Shown here: one piece after another, positions 1 to 11,581 of the stretch
How the letters are laid out: every line of letters begins with the position of its first letter
Position numbering within the stretch: position 1 is the first letter of the stretch
Assembly (NCBI GenBank): GCA_963789955.1
Contig: CAWBMV010000034.1
Coordinates: forward strand, 800,001-864,000
Direction of reading: 5' to 3'
DNA: 64,000 nt
DNA from: an uncultured Candidatus Rokubacteria bacterium
Lineage (GTDB): Bacteria; Methylomirabilota; Methylomirabilia; Rokubacteriales; CSP1-6
Notes under the pieces: model-generated
Told to the model about the DNA's origin: nothing
Databases searched by the model: none
Seen by the model: the letters and a program-made list of their open reading frames with translations, nothing else
Translations under genes and position numbers: made by a program

Positions 1-470
1 CGCGCCGTCTTGCCGATCACGACGCCGAGCTCGACTTCCCAGTCGAGCTGATTCGAGCCGCGCGGTCTCAGGATCGGCTCGTTCGGATCGAGGATGGCGT
101 TCGACCACTTCGCGAAGATCGGCGGCTCCTTCGGGATCGGCTGATTGGCCTCCTCGGCATGGTCTCGATAGTTGAGGCCGATGCAGATGAACTTGCCGGG
201 ATCCGTGATCGGCGCGTGCAGGCGCGCCGAGTTCGCCGGGATCGTGACCCATTCCTTGATGCCGGCGACGGTCTCCTCGACCAGTGGCCCGCCCTCGAGA
301 AACGCGCGGGTGCTGTTCGGGACGAGCGCCGCGGCGAGCTCGGCGGCACGAGTTACGCCGCGCCGCGTCAGAGAGGCCGCGACGCTGGCCTGAAGATCGG
401 CGATGCGGTCGCCCTGGAGGACGCCGAGCCGCGGGGTCTGGCCGTTGGTGGAGAAGCGCACGAGCTTCAT
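1..470 (-). CDS. Fumarylacetoacetate hydrolase family protein (runs off window edge)
   Basis: Manual translation from ATG 470: MKLVRFSTNG...PGKFICIGLNYRDHAEE...PPIFAKW...LDWEVELGVVIGK, which are FAH-family motifs. Confidence 0.9.
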   Translation of the reverse strand, partial: MKLVRFSTNGQTPRLGVLQGDRIADLQASVAASLTRRGVTRAAELAAALVPNSTRAFLEGGPLVEETVAGIKEWVTIPANSARLHAPITDPGKFICIGLNYRDHAEEANQPIPKEPPIFAKWSNAILDPNEPILRPRGSNQLDWEVELGVVIGKTA

Positions 471-639
471 GGGTGACGGGCCTCCTGGGAGTGAATGTGC
501 CGCCGATTATAGCGTTTGTCGAGTTTACGCGCCGTGCAGCCGTTTGCTATGATCGAAGTCTGCCGGAATTGATGCGGTGGCGTGCCCCCTGGGGGCGGAC
601 AATGTCTCCCTGAGGCCTGTTCGGGAGGAGGTTCCCTTG

Positions 640-1069
640 ATGAAGACCGGAAGCAGGATCCTGACCGTCCTGGTGGCGCTCGCGATGCTCGCCACCGGTC
701 CGCTCGCCCCGCTCGCGGCAGCCCAGCAGCCGGCTCCGCCTTCGCCGCCTCCCCAGCGAGCAGCCCGCGCCTCAGCCGGTCATGCAGCAGGACATGCCGG
801 AGCCGGAGTCGCACGAGGCGGAGTCCGCTGCGTACAACGTCGGCGCGGGCATCGCCAACGTCTTCTACATTCCAGGCAAGGGGCTGCTCTGCGGCCTCGG
901 TGGCGCGGTCGGCATCTTCATCCTGATCATCAGCATCGGCTCCGCGCCCAGGCCCGCGGCCTACTTCGCGCGTGAGGGATGCGGCGGCAAGTGGGTGCTC
1001 ACGGGCGACGACCTCCGACCTGACGACGCCCACTACCGGGCGTTCGACTGGGAAGACTCGAAGTACTAA
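640..1069 (+). CDS. Exported/membrane hypothetical protein (one frameshift, ~750-780)
   Basis: GGAGGAGG before ATG 640; signal peptide MKTGSRILTVLVALAMLA...AAAQQ, continuing in the frame of ORF 782..1069. Confidence 0.6.
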
Positions 1070-1070
1070 G

Positions 1071-1391
1071 TCCGTCTCGCACCGCCGGCTAGCCGTCCTC
1101 CTGTTCGTCGCGCTGCTCGTGGCGTTCGCCGCGGGCATCTGGGGGACGATCATCCGTCCCCCGGCCTACGAGGTTCGTGGGACGATCGTCGCGCGCCCCG
1201 CTCCGGACATGCTGCTCGTTCGCCATGATCCCGTCTCCGCGCTCGGCATGAACGCCATGGATCTCATGGCTGTCTCCGCCGCTCCGGCGCTCCTGGATCC
1301 AGTCGGTCCGAAACCCGGCGATCGGGTCAAGCTCGCCGTGCGCCAGCGCGACGATCAGCTCATCTTGATCAGGATCGAGAAGCTTCCCTGA
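1071..1391 (+). CDS. CusF-like periplasmic copper-binding protein with N-terminal TM (start uncertain)
   Basis: EVRGTIV...LLVRHDPVSALGMNAMDLM...KPGDRVKL: His plus Met-x-x-x-Met pattern of CusF-like OB-fold proteins. Confidence 0.6.
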   Translation, partial: SVSHRRLAVLLFVALLVAFAAGIWGTIIRPPAYEVRGTIVARPAPDMLLVRHDPVSALGMNAMDLMAVSAAPALLDPVGPKPGDRVKLAVRQRDDQLILIRIEKLP

Positions 1392-1392
1392 A

Positions 1393-1775
1393 TCAGCGTG
1401 CGTGGGAGAGCCCGCGCACGTAACGCACGATCTCGCGGATGTCGTCATCCGTCAGGGTCGAGCCGAATGCCGGCATTCCCGGCCGGCCGATGGGGGCACC
1501 GCCGTGCTTGATGAGGTCGAAAAGGTACTGATCGGAGCGTGCGTCGATCGTCGCGGCGTCGCTCAGGCTACCGGGCCTGACCAGGAAGAGCGCCGCCGCC
1601 ACGAGCCTTTTCCGTCCGGCCCGTGACACGTCGCGCAGAGACCGAGGTAGAGGCGCTCGGCTTTCGGCGCGCCGGCCGGCGGCCTCGGCGTGTCCAGGAG
1701 CCAGGCGAGCCCGCCCGTGAACGCGCCGATCGCCACGAGGATCACCGACGAGCGCCAGCGAGACGGTCGTCGCAT
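1393..1775 (-). CDS. Membrane-anchored monoheme cytochrome c (one frameshift ~1595)
   Basis: CATCHG heme motif in ORF 1563..1835, and GMPAFG axial Met plus LTDDDIREIVRYVR in ORF 1393..1827. Confidence 0.85.
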
Positions 1776-1910
1776 CGCGGCGAGGATAGCACCGGGCCGA
1801 ACACGGCCACTTGACAACTGGCCGCAAGGCAGCATAAAGGATCTAATTCTTTACGAGGGTTGCCGGTTGCCAACCGCCTATAGGCGCCAGGAACGCAGAG
1901 GAGGCTCACG

Positions 1911-3245
1911 ATGACGGACCCGCGACCAGTCAAGGCCGCCAAGTCAACCCTCAACCGCAGGAATTTCCTCGCGACCGCCGGCGCCGGGGTCGCGGGTAGT
2001 TCGCTGCTGACGATGCTCGACGCGCGGCAGGCTCCCGCGCAGATCAAGGGAACGACCCTGCGCATCTTGCAGTGGAGCCACTTCATCCCGGCGTACGACG
2101 CCTGGTACGACAAGTTCGCCAAGGAATGGGGCGACAAGAACGGCGTCAAGGTTCGCGTCGACCACATTCCCCATCTCGACATTCCCGCGCGCATGGCGGC
2201 CGAGTTCGCGGCCGGCGCGGCCACGACATCATCTACAACGGCTCGTCGATCCTCACGCGGCTCTACTACAAGAATCTGGTCGACCTCACGGACATCGCCG
2301 ACGCGGCCGGCAAGAAGTACGGCGGTTGGATCCCCGCGGCGAGGTCGCTCGTCGAGGTGGAGGGCCGCTGGTACGGCCTGCCGATCTTCTACATCCTGGC
2401 GCCGATGCTCTACCGGAAGGATCTGTTCGACGCCAACAATCTGAAGTATCCCGACACCTGGGAGCTGGCGCGGGTGGCGGCGCGTACGCTGAAGGCCAAG
2501 GGACATCCGACCGGGATCGCGCTGTCACAGTGCGCCGACGCGAACCTCATCTGGCGGTCGATGTTCTGCGAGCTTCGGCGGCACCGAGGCGACTCCGTCC
2601 GGTGACCAGCCGACGATCGACTCCAAGGAGCTGCGCGAGTTCCTCAAGTTCGCCAAGGCGATTTTCGAGGAGGGGATGACGCCGGAGGTCTTCTCCTGGG
2701 ACGACGCGTCCGACAATCGTTACCTGGCCTCGGGTATCGCGTGCTGGGTTCACGACGCGATCTCGGCGTACCGCACGACCGAGGACACGAATCCTCCGGT
2801 GTTCGAGAACACCTTCCTCGGGCTCGAGCCCCAGGGCCTGCCCGGCAAGCGGGTGAGCGCCGCGGCGCCGAACGTCTGGATGGTCTGGAAGTTCTCCAAG
2901 AACCAGCAAGCGGCGAAGGAATGGCTGACGTACCTCATCGACAACGACCTCGAGGGCATGGTGCAGAGCCGCGGCTACAACATGCCGTACCTCAGCGACC
3001 GCTACAAGAAGCCCATGCCCGTGATCGGGAGCGACCCCAAGCTACAGATCCTCCAGGACTTCCCGAAGATCGTCGCGTTCTACGGCCAACCCGGGCCGTC
3101 GACCACCCCGATCCAGGAGATCGTGAACACGTTCGTCTTCCCCGACATGATCACCAAGTTCTGTCGCGGCATGGCGCTGGAAGACGCGGTCAAGTGGGGC
3201 GTGGGCGAGTACCGCCGGATCTACGCCAAGCACAAGCAGGCATGA
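1911..3245 (+). CDS. Carbohydrate-type ABC transporter substrate-binding protein, Tat-exported (frameshifts ~2220 and ~2570)
   Basis: NRRNFLATAG twin-arginine signal, LQWSHFIPAYD and WDDASDNRYL; spread over three frames; paralogous to 11582..12907. Confidence 0.85.
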
Positions 3246-4232
3246 CGGCAAGCTCGTCGAGCAGCGGCCCGGACGCGGCAAGCGCCCGGGCCGCCGCCGT
3301 TTCGATCGCTGTTCGGCGCGCGCCCTCGGAGGTGGTTCGCGAGCCAGACGTCCAGGCGACTCGCCTTCGGCTACCTCTTGCTCGCGCCGGCCGTCCTCTA
3401 CGTGATGCTCCTCGTCGGAGCTCCGTTCCTGTTCTCGCTCTTTCTGGCGCTGAGCGATGCCTCGGTCGCCGACACCTCGGCGAGCTTCGTGGGGCTGGAG
3501 AACTTCCGGGCGGCGTTCGAGAGCGATGTCTTCCTCATCGCGCTCCGCAACAGCATCGGCTTCACCGTGGTGGCCGCCGTCTTCAAGGGCCTGCTCGGAA
3601 CCAGCCTCGCGTTTCTCCTGCTTCAGCCTTTCTGGGGGAAGAAGTTCATCCGCGGCCTCGTCGTGATCCCGTTCACGCTCCCGATCAGTATCAGCGTGCT
3701 CGGGTGGAAGTGGATGTACGACTCCCAGTTCAGCGTCATCAACTGGTTCCTGAGCCGGATCGGCGTCATCGGATCCTACGGCTCCGCGGACTGGCCAGTG
3801 TGGCTGGGCGAGCCCCACCTGGCGCTGGCGGCGTGCATCATGGTGAACGTGTGGCGCAACTTTCCGTTCTCGGCCATCGTGCTGCTCGCGGGGTTCACGT
3901 CGGTACCCAACGAGGTCCTCGACGCCGCGCGGGTGGACGGGACCAGCTTCTTCCAGCGCTTTCGCCACGTCGTGGTCCCGATGATCGCGCCGATCTTGTT
4001 GATCGGCTTCCTCTTCGATACCGTGTTCACGCTGTCCGATCTGGGCGTCGTGTACCTCCTGACCCAGGGCGGTCCGGCGAACGCCACGAAGACTTTGCCC
4101 GTGCTCGCCTACCAGGTCGGGATCCAGGCCGGAGCGCTCGGACGCGGGGCGGCGATCGCCCTGTTCCTCTTTCCCCTGCTCCTGCCCCTGATGATCCTGA
4201 TGCTCAGAAACCTGAAGCGCAGAGAGTACTGA
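3242..4232 (+). CDS. Carbohydrate ABC permease (MalF/UgpA-like); probable N-terminal frameshift
   Basis: LLAPAVLY, NVWRNFPF and EAA loop EVLDAARVDG; intact frame from 3378. Confidence 0.88.
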
Positions 4233-4235
4233 CCG

Positions 4236-5096
4236 ATGGCCGCCGATCCGCGCACGAACCGCCAGAAAGAGATCCGACGCCACGTCTGGATCTACAGCGC
4301 GCTCACGCCCTACGTCGTCATCGCCATCTTCCCGATCTACTGGATGGCCATCACGGCCTTCAAGCAGGACCCCGACCTCTACCGGATGGATCAGTTCCCG
4401 CTCTGGTTCCACCTGCCGCCCACGTTGAAGCATTTCTCGTACCTCTTCTACAGCACGAACTACGGCGCCTGGATCGTCAACACGATGGTCATCGCGGTCT
4501 GGGTCGCCGTCATCACGCTGCTCATCGCCGTGCCGGCAGGATACGCGCTGGCGCGCCTCCGGATCCCCGGGGCCGAGAACCTCGGCATCGCGGTGTTCAT
4601 GACCTATCTGGTGCCGGGCATCATCCTCTTCATCCCGCTGGCGAGGGTGGTGGCGATGCTCGGGCTGCAGGACAGCTGGTGGGCGCTGGTGCTGGTGTAT
4701 CCGACCATCACGATCCCGTTCTGTACCTGGCTCCTCATGGGCTTTTTCAAGACCGTGCCCATGGAGATGGAGGAAGCGGCCCGCGTCGACGGCTGCGGCT
4801 ACCTCGGCGCGCTTCTGCGTGTCGTGCTGCCTGTGAGCGTCCCCGGAATCCTGACCGCTGTCATCTTCGCCTTCACGCTCTCGATGCAGGACTTCCTCTA
4901 CGGGCTGGCCTTCGTCGCGCCAGGCGACCAGAAGCCGGTCACGGTCGGCGTGCCGACCGAGCTGATCCGCGGTGACGTGTACTACTGGGGCTCGTTGATG
5001 GCGGCGGCGTTGATGGTAGGGCTACCCGTGGCGATCCTCTACAATTTCTTCCTGGACCGATTCATCCAGGGAATTACCGGCGGGGTCGGGAAGTAG
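4236..5096 (+). CDS. Carbohydrate ABC permease (MalG/UgpE-like)
   Basis: FPIYWM, AGYALAR, EMEEAARVDG. Confidence 0.92.
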   Translation: MAADPRTNRQKEIRRHVWIYSALTPYVVIAIFPIYWMAITAFKQDPDLYRMDQFPLWFHLPPTLKHFSYLFYSTNYGAWIVNTMVIAVWVAVITLLIAVPAGYALARLRIPGAENLGIAVFMTYLVPGIILFIPLARVVAMLGLQDSWWALVLVYPTITIPFCTWLLMGFFKTVPMEMEEAARVDGCGYLGALLRVVLPVSVPGILTAVIFAFTLSMQDFLYGLAFVAPGDQKPVTVGVPTELIRGDVYYWGSLMAAALMVGLPVAILYNFFLDRFIQGITGGVGK

Positions 5097-5156
5097 AAAA
5101 CGTCGCGACCGACCCGGTCGGCGGGACGGGCTGCGTCGGGTGGCGAGGAGTCGAGC

Positions 5157-5622
5157 TCACTCCTTCTCGGGCTTCTGAATCGGATCGGGACGACCGGGAT
5201 AGCCGAGATGAAGCATCAGGAACTTGACGGGCTTCTCCGATCGGTTGACAAGGTTGTGCCACCAGCCCGCGCCGCCGTGGTCCATGAAGGACTGCCCCGC
5301 CGCGTGGTATTGGGTACCCTTGATCCCGATCGGGGCCGCCTCGTACTCGGTGATCAGTGTGCCCTCGATGACGTAGATGTAGGTCGGCACCCTGAACTCC
5401 TGCCGGCCGGTTTGCCCGCCAGGCGCCAGCTCCACCGTCGATCCCGTGACGAAGAGCGGCGTGCTCACCGTGGCCGAGAATGGCGCCGAGCGATGTGACC
5501 AGTCCCTTGACCGTGACGCCTTTGGGCTCCGCGACCTTCTCGTCCTGGGCGCGCCGGGAAGGCTCACGTAGGCCGATCACGAGCACGCTCGCTGCCGAAG
5601 CGATCAACGCTTTGGTGATCAT
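5157..5622 (-). CDS. Exported cupin-domain protein (frameshift ~5490)
   Basis: Signal peptide MITKALIASAASVLVIG, then VELAPGGQTG..PTYIYVIEGTL..AGQSF..WWHNLVN cupin pattern. Confidence 0.7.
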
Positions 5623-5763
5623 CGGTGTGCTCTCCAGGAGAAGCTGTGAATTATCTGCGATTCGGGCGACGCCCAGGCGCCGCGTCAGCTCCGTCGCACG
5701 CGAGGCAACACGCCGAGCGACGCGGAGGCTAGCAGAGGCACTTCGAGAATGTCAAGGCTCACA

Positions 5764-6804
5764 TGGTCACACGGCTCGTGAGTGTCGTGGGTGGGCGGCG
5801 TGGCTCTCGCTGACCGGGTGCGTCGTCTCGAATCCTCGACCCAGCGGCGAGCGCCGAGGTGGCGCCGGGCTTCCGAGTCGACGTGGTGGCGACCGCGCTT
5901 CCCCGTCCGATCCAGCTCGCCCTCGATCCTCGCGGACGACTCGTGGTGCTGAGCGCCGGCGCGTTCGGCGACGCGGCAGGTGAGATCTACCGCCTCGACC
6001 TCCGCGGGCCCCTGCCGATCGACGCCGCGCGCGTGCCGCGTGTCGTCATCCCGTTCGCCGACGAAACGCGAAAGGCCGTGCTTCGGGAGTCTCGCGGTCG
6101 ATCCTCGGAGCGGGAGCCTCTTCCTCGGCGAGGAAAACGGCAATCGCATCTACCGCCTGGGAGACGACCAGCGGCTCCAGGCCGGTCGCCGTCGGGCTGA
6201 ATCACCTCGTCGGCGGGAGCGCGCTGACACTCGACCGGCGCGGGCGTCTCGTCTTCGTCGACTACGCGAGCCCGGAAGCGCATCTTCGCTCGGAGACGCC
6301 GCTGCCGCCGTCTCTCAGCTGGCTCGTCGACGAAGGCTATCAGGGCCCGCTGGTCTTCCGCGTCGATCCGGCCGAGGACCGCCCGCTCCCGCGGCGCGCC
6401 GATCTGCTCGTCCCGATCTTGCCGCGAAGCGAAGCCACACGTCCGGACCGCGAGCCCATGTGGCGGCTCATCGGCGTGACGGCGACGCAGGGCGACGACC
6501 TCGTGTTCCTGAGCTCCGTCGGAGAGGTGCTTCGTCTCGCGCCCGATGGCGAGCTCCGTCTCGTCGTGCGACTCCCCGCCGGTCACTACCACCGCACGAA
6601 TCTGACGACCGCCCCGACGGCAGCATCTTCGTCTGTGCCGGCTATCAGATTCGGAAGATCTTCCGGATCTCGCCGGCCGGCAGGGTCAGCGTCGTGGCCA
6701 GCGAGCTCGGCGATCCCGGCGGCATCGTGCTCGACGCCAAGGGCGTCCTCTACGTCCCCGAGACGGCGCTGCACCGGATCATTCGTATCGCGCCGGATCC
6801 CTGA
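5764..6804 (+). CDS. NHL/SMP-30-like beta-propeller protein (several frameshifts; start uncertain)
   Basis: Repeated blades PIQLALDPRGRLVV, SLAVDPRSGSLFL and DPGGIVLDAKGVLYVPETALHRIIRI across three frames. Confidence 0.6.
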
Positions 6805-6828
6805 GGAGGCGCGGAAGCCCTACGAAGA

Positions 6829-7699
6829 TCAGCGCCCTCGACCATCGCGGCCGTGAGCCCGCGCACGAAGCCCCGCGCGAAGACGGCGGAGATCGTCACA
6901 CGGGAATGGCCAGCAGGTTGACCCCCGCCACCGCGCCCAGCTCGTCGAGCGCCACGTCGAAGGTGCCGAGCCCGGCCGTGATGGTCTGGTTCTGCGGGGA
7001 CAGGAGGAAGACGGAAGCGATCATGAAGTCGCTGGCGACGATCCCGAGGGTGAAGATGCCCGCGGCGACGAGCACGGGGCGGCTCATCGGCAGGATGATG
7101 CGAAAGAAGGCGCTGGCGCGGCTCGCGCCCTCGACCAGCGCCGCCTCCTCGATCTCGCGCGGCAGGTGCTGGAAGTAGCCCGAGAGCATCCACACGCAGA
7201 AGGGCAGGGCCATGCTCGGGTAGACGAGGAGGAGGGCCAGCATGCTGTCGTCCAGCCCGAGCGCGTGCACGACCTGAAAGAGCGGGATGAAGAGGATGGT
7301 CTGCGGGACGACGTACGTGGCGAAGATGACGCGCCGCCACCAGCGGAAGCCCGGCGGACGCAACCGGCCGAGCGCATAGCCGGCGGCGACACTGGCCACC
7401 AGTGTCACCAGAACCGATCCGGCAAAAACGACGAGCGTGTTCACGAGCCAGTCCAGGAATGGATAGGAGCGACGCAGCGCGACGCCCACGAAGCCCCGGA
7501 CCTCGCTCTGGCGCTCGAACAGCTCCTCGAAGTTCTCGAGGGTCGGATTCATGACGATGAACGGATTACCGAAGACGTCCTCTTCCGGGGTCTTGAGCGA
7601 TTGCACCAGCATGAAATAGATCGGGAAGAGGCAGTAGACGATGGCGAGGAGCATCAGGCTCCCGTGGCCGAGCTTCGCCCACCAGGGCCTCGGGCTCAC
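6829..7699 (-). CDS. Carbohydrate ABC permease (MalG-like); C-terminal frameshift ~6900, end approximate
   Basis: FPIYFML, AGYALGR, EIEEAALVEGA; C-terminus FARGFVRGLTAAMVEG lies in another frame. Confidence 0.85.
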
Positions 7700-8571
7700 G
7701 CCGTCTCCTGCCGAGGGGGATCGAAGACGCGGAACAGCACGAGGAGGATCCCGAGCAAGACGGGGACCAGGGTCAGCGAGAGCGCCGAGGCGGGTCCGTA
7801 CTGACCCGCTTTGATGGCGAGGAAGTACGCCTGAGTGCCGATGATCGGGAAGACGATGCGGCCGGCGGTGAGCATCCAGACGTTGGCGAGGTCGGCAAAG
7901 GCGCTGGTGAGCGACAGGAACACCGCCAGCGCGAGGAACGGCTTGAGGAGCGGTACGGTCACCATCCAGAAGCGGCGCCACGGACTTTTCGATTCCAGCA
8001 CGGCGCACTCGAACAGCTCGGGCGGGACCGCGTTGATGCCGGCGAGGAGGAGCACGCCGATGAACGAGCTGCCGCGCCAGATGTTGAACAGGATGACGCT
8101 GACGAAGGCCCAGGCCCCGGTGCCGAAGGTGCCGTCGACCACGTACTTCAGGTGTCCCATGAACGGGGCGTAGGAGGTCGTGGTCGGGGGGTTCAGGGTC
8201 CAGTACCAGCCGATCACGCTTACGCCCGCGGGGTAGGCCCAGGGAAGAAAGACGGCCAGGAAGACGAAGACTCGTCCGCGGAACGGCCGTGCGAGCAGGA
8301 GGGCGAAGCCGAGCCCGAGCGCCAGCTTCGCCGCGCTCGTGACCACGGCGTACCCGACGGTGACGAACGCGGCCTGCCAGAAGTCGGCGCCGGCCAAAAG
8401 ACGACTGTAGTTCGTGAGCCCGACGTACGCGGTGGCGTCCTTGAGCGGCGAGAGGTCGGTGAAGCTCGTCCAGACCTCCCAGCCGATCGGATAGGCGAGC
8501 GCCGTCAGGAGCAGGAGGAGCGCCGGCGCTAGCAGCAGATATGCGAGCCGGGTGTCCCGGGCGCGCCCCAC
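7696..8571 (-). CDS. Carbohydrate ABC permease (MalF-like) with degenerate EAA loop
   Basis: LLLAPALL, YVGLTNY, NIWRGSSF, ELFECAVLESK. Confidence 0.85.
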   Translation of the reverse strand: MGRARDTRLAYLLLAPALLLLLTALAYPIGWEVWTSFTDLSPLKDATAYVGLTNYSRLLAGADFWQAAFVTVGYAVVTSAAKLALGLGFALLLARPFRGRVFVFLAVFLPWAYPAGVSVIGWYWTLNPPTTTSYAPFMGHLKYVVDGTFGTGAWAFVSVILFNIWRGSSFIGVLLLAGINAVPPELFECAVLESKSPWRRFWMVTVPLLKPFLALAVFLSLTSAFADLANVWMLTAGRIVFPIIGTQAYFLAIKAGQYGPASALSLTLVPVLLGILLVLFRVFDPPRQETA

Positions 8572-8589
8572 GAGCTACTCGTTACGCGA

Positions 8590-9681
<1,092 letters not shown>

Positions 9682-9699
9682 AGCTGTCTCCTTGTCCTC

Positions 9700-10581
9700 T
9701 CAGCCCTTCACGGCGCCGGTCAGGCCGGCCACGTAGTGCTCAACGAAGAACGAGTAGATGAGAGCTACCGGAACCGACCCCAGGAGCGCGCCCGCCATGA
9801 GCGGGCCCCAGAAGAACACGTCGCCGCGAATCAGCTCGGACAAGACCCCCACGGGTACCGTCTTCTGTTGCGGCGAGGACAAGAAGACGAGGGCGTAGAG
9901 GAACTCGTTCCAGGACAGGGTGAACGCGAAGATGCCCGCCGACAGGATGCCCGGCGTGGCGATCGGGAAGACGATCTGGACCATCGCGCGAATCCGTGAC
10001 GCGCCGTCGATGCGCGCGCATTCTTCGAGCTCTTTCGGGATCGTCTTGAAGTACCCCATCAGCAACCAGGTACAGAACGGGATCAGAAACGTCGGATAGG
10101 TCAGGATCAGCGCCCACGGCGTGTCGCCCAGGCGGAAGTCGCGCACGATATTGGCGAGCGGGATGAAGAGCAGGGTCGGCGGCACCAGGTACGTGACGAA
10201 GATGCTCGTGCCGATCGACCCGGCGAGCGGAAACCGGAGCCGCGCGAGTGCATAGCCCGCGAGGAGCCCGCAGAAGATCGAGATCACGGTCGAGATGACC
10301 GCGATGAACATGGTGTTGTAGAGCCACGTCCCGAACATCGTCTGCTTGAACAGATAGACGAAGTGCTCGTACGTCGGGTGGGTGGTCCAGAACGGCGTGT
10401 TGTTGACGGCCCGCCACGGCCGGTAGAGCTCGCCGTCAGGACGGAACGCCGTGACCAACATCCAGTAGAACGGAAAGAGCGTCCCGACCATGAACACGAA
10501 CAGCGGAATGTAGAAATACAGCCACTTCTTCCACAACGCCCCTTCGACCATTCCGGAGCCCGAGCCGCCTCGGCCGGCCAT
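9700..10581 (-). CDS. Carbohydrate ABC permease (MalG-like)
   Basis: FPFYWML, AGYALAR, ELEECARIDGA, FTLSWNEF. Confidence 0.92.
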   Translation of the reverse strand: MAGRGGSGSGMVEGALWKKWLYFYIPLFVFMVGTLFPFYWMLVTAFRPDGELYRPWRAVNNTPFWTTHPTYEHFVYLFKQTMFGTWLYNTMFIAVISTVISIFCGLLAGYALARLRFPLAGSIGTSIFVTYLVPPTLLFIPLANIVRDFRLGDTPWALILTYPTFLIPFCTWLLMGYFKTIPKELEECARIDGASRIRAMVQIVFPIATPGILSAGIFAFTLSWNEFLYALVFLSSPQQKTVPVGVLSELIRGDVFFWGPLMAGALLGSVPVALIYSFFVEHYVAGLTGAVKG

Positions 10582-11567
10582 CAGGCGCCTTCCACGCGGC
10601 GGATGTACCAGAGCTGGATGATGACGATGACGAACAGCATCGGGAACATCGCGAGCGAGGCGGCCGCGCCCTCGCCGAGCAGGCCGGTGACGATGCCGAT
10701 CTGGTAGGCGTAGGTGGCGAACAGATGGGTCGAGTTCGCCGGCCCGCCGCCGGTCAGTGCGTAGACCAGCTGGAAGTCCGCGAAGGTCTGAATCACCGAG
10801 AACAGTGTGACCACCATCGTAACGGGCAAGACCAGCGGCCACGTGATCCGCCAGAAACGGTGCCAGCCGTTGGCTCCGTCGATCGCGGCCGCTTCATGAA
10901 GCTCGGGACTGACCGTTTGCAGGCCGGCCAGGAGGGAGATCGCGTAGAACGGCATGCCGCGCCAGATGTTCACGACGACCACCGACATGAGCGCCATTGT
11001 GGGGTCGGTGAGCCAGCCGATCCGAGTCTGGATGATCCCCGCGTGATAGAGGGACCAGTTCAGCACGCTGAACGTCGGATCGAACATCCACTTCCAGGCC
11101 AGGGTCGACAAGACGGTCGGGATGATGAACGGCAAGAGCATCGAGGCGCGGACGAGACGCTTGGCTCGGAAGTGCCGGTTGAGCAGGAGCGCCAGCCACA
11201 TGCCGAGGGCGAGCTTGCCCACGGTTGCGAGCGCCGTGTAGACGAAGGTGTTGTACGTCGCCTGCCGAAAGATCGAGTCGTAGAAGACCTTCTCGAAGTT
11301 GTGGAAGCCCACGAACACGCCCGGATTGCCGACCGTCGCGTTGGTGAGGCTGATCCACACGCCCTTGACGAACGGGTAGGCGATGAACAGCCCGAGCAGC
11401 ACCACGGTCGGCGAGAGCAGGAGGAAGCCGAGTACCCGCTCGTTTTCGAGCGCCTGGCCGAGCGACGGGCGCCGGGCCGCCGCACGGGGCGCCACGGTCA
11501 GACGGGAAGCCGCTTCGGCCGCGCCGCCGGCGCCTCCCGCTATCGACCGTGGTTCCCGTGCCGCCAC
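10581..11567 (-). CDS. Carbohydrate ABC permease (MalF-like)
   Basis: C-terminal part of ORF 10581..12584: NIWRGMPF, ELHEAAAIDGA, LTGGGPANST. Confidence 0.9.
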   Translation of the reverse strand: MAAREPRSIAGGAGGAAEAASRLTVAPRAAARRPSLGQALENERVLGFLLLSPTVVLLGLFIAYPFVKGVWISLTNATVGNPGVFVGFHNFEKVFYDSIFRQATYNTFVYTALATVGKLALGMWLALLLNRHFRAKRLVRASMLLPFIIPTVLSTLAWKWMFDPTFSVLNWSLYHAGIIQTRIGWLTDPTMALMSVVVVNIWRGMPFYAISLLAGLQTVSPELHEAAAIDGANGWHRFWRITWPLVLPVTMVVTLFSVIQTFADFQLVYALTGGGPANSTHLFATYAYQIGIVTGLLGEGAAASLAMFPMLFVIVIIQLWYIRRVEGA

Positions 11568-11581
11568 GAGTGTCCTGTGTC

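Noticed and set aside
2741..4975. Long Arg/Pro/Gly-rich alternative ORFs (e.g. 2741..4975, 21269..23389, 24521..26419, 55343..57253)
   Set aside because: Off-frame or antisense shadows of well-supported genes, expected in high-GC DNA; no recognisable motifs
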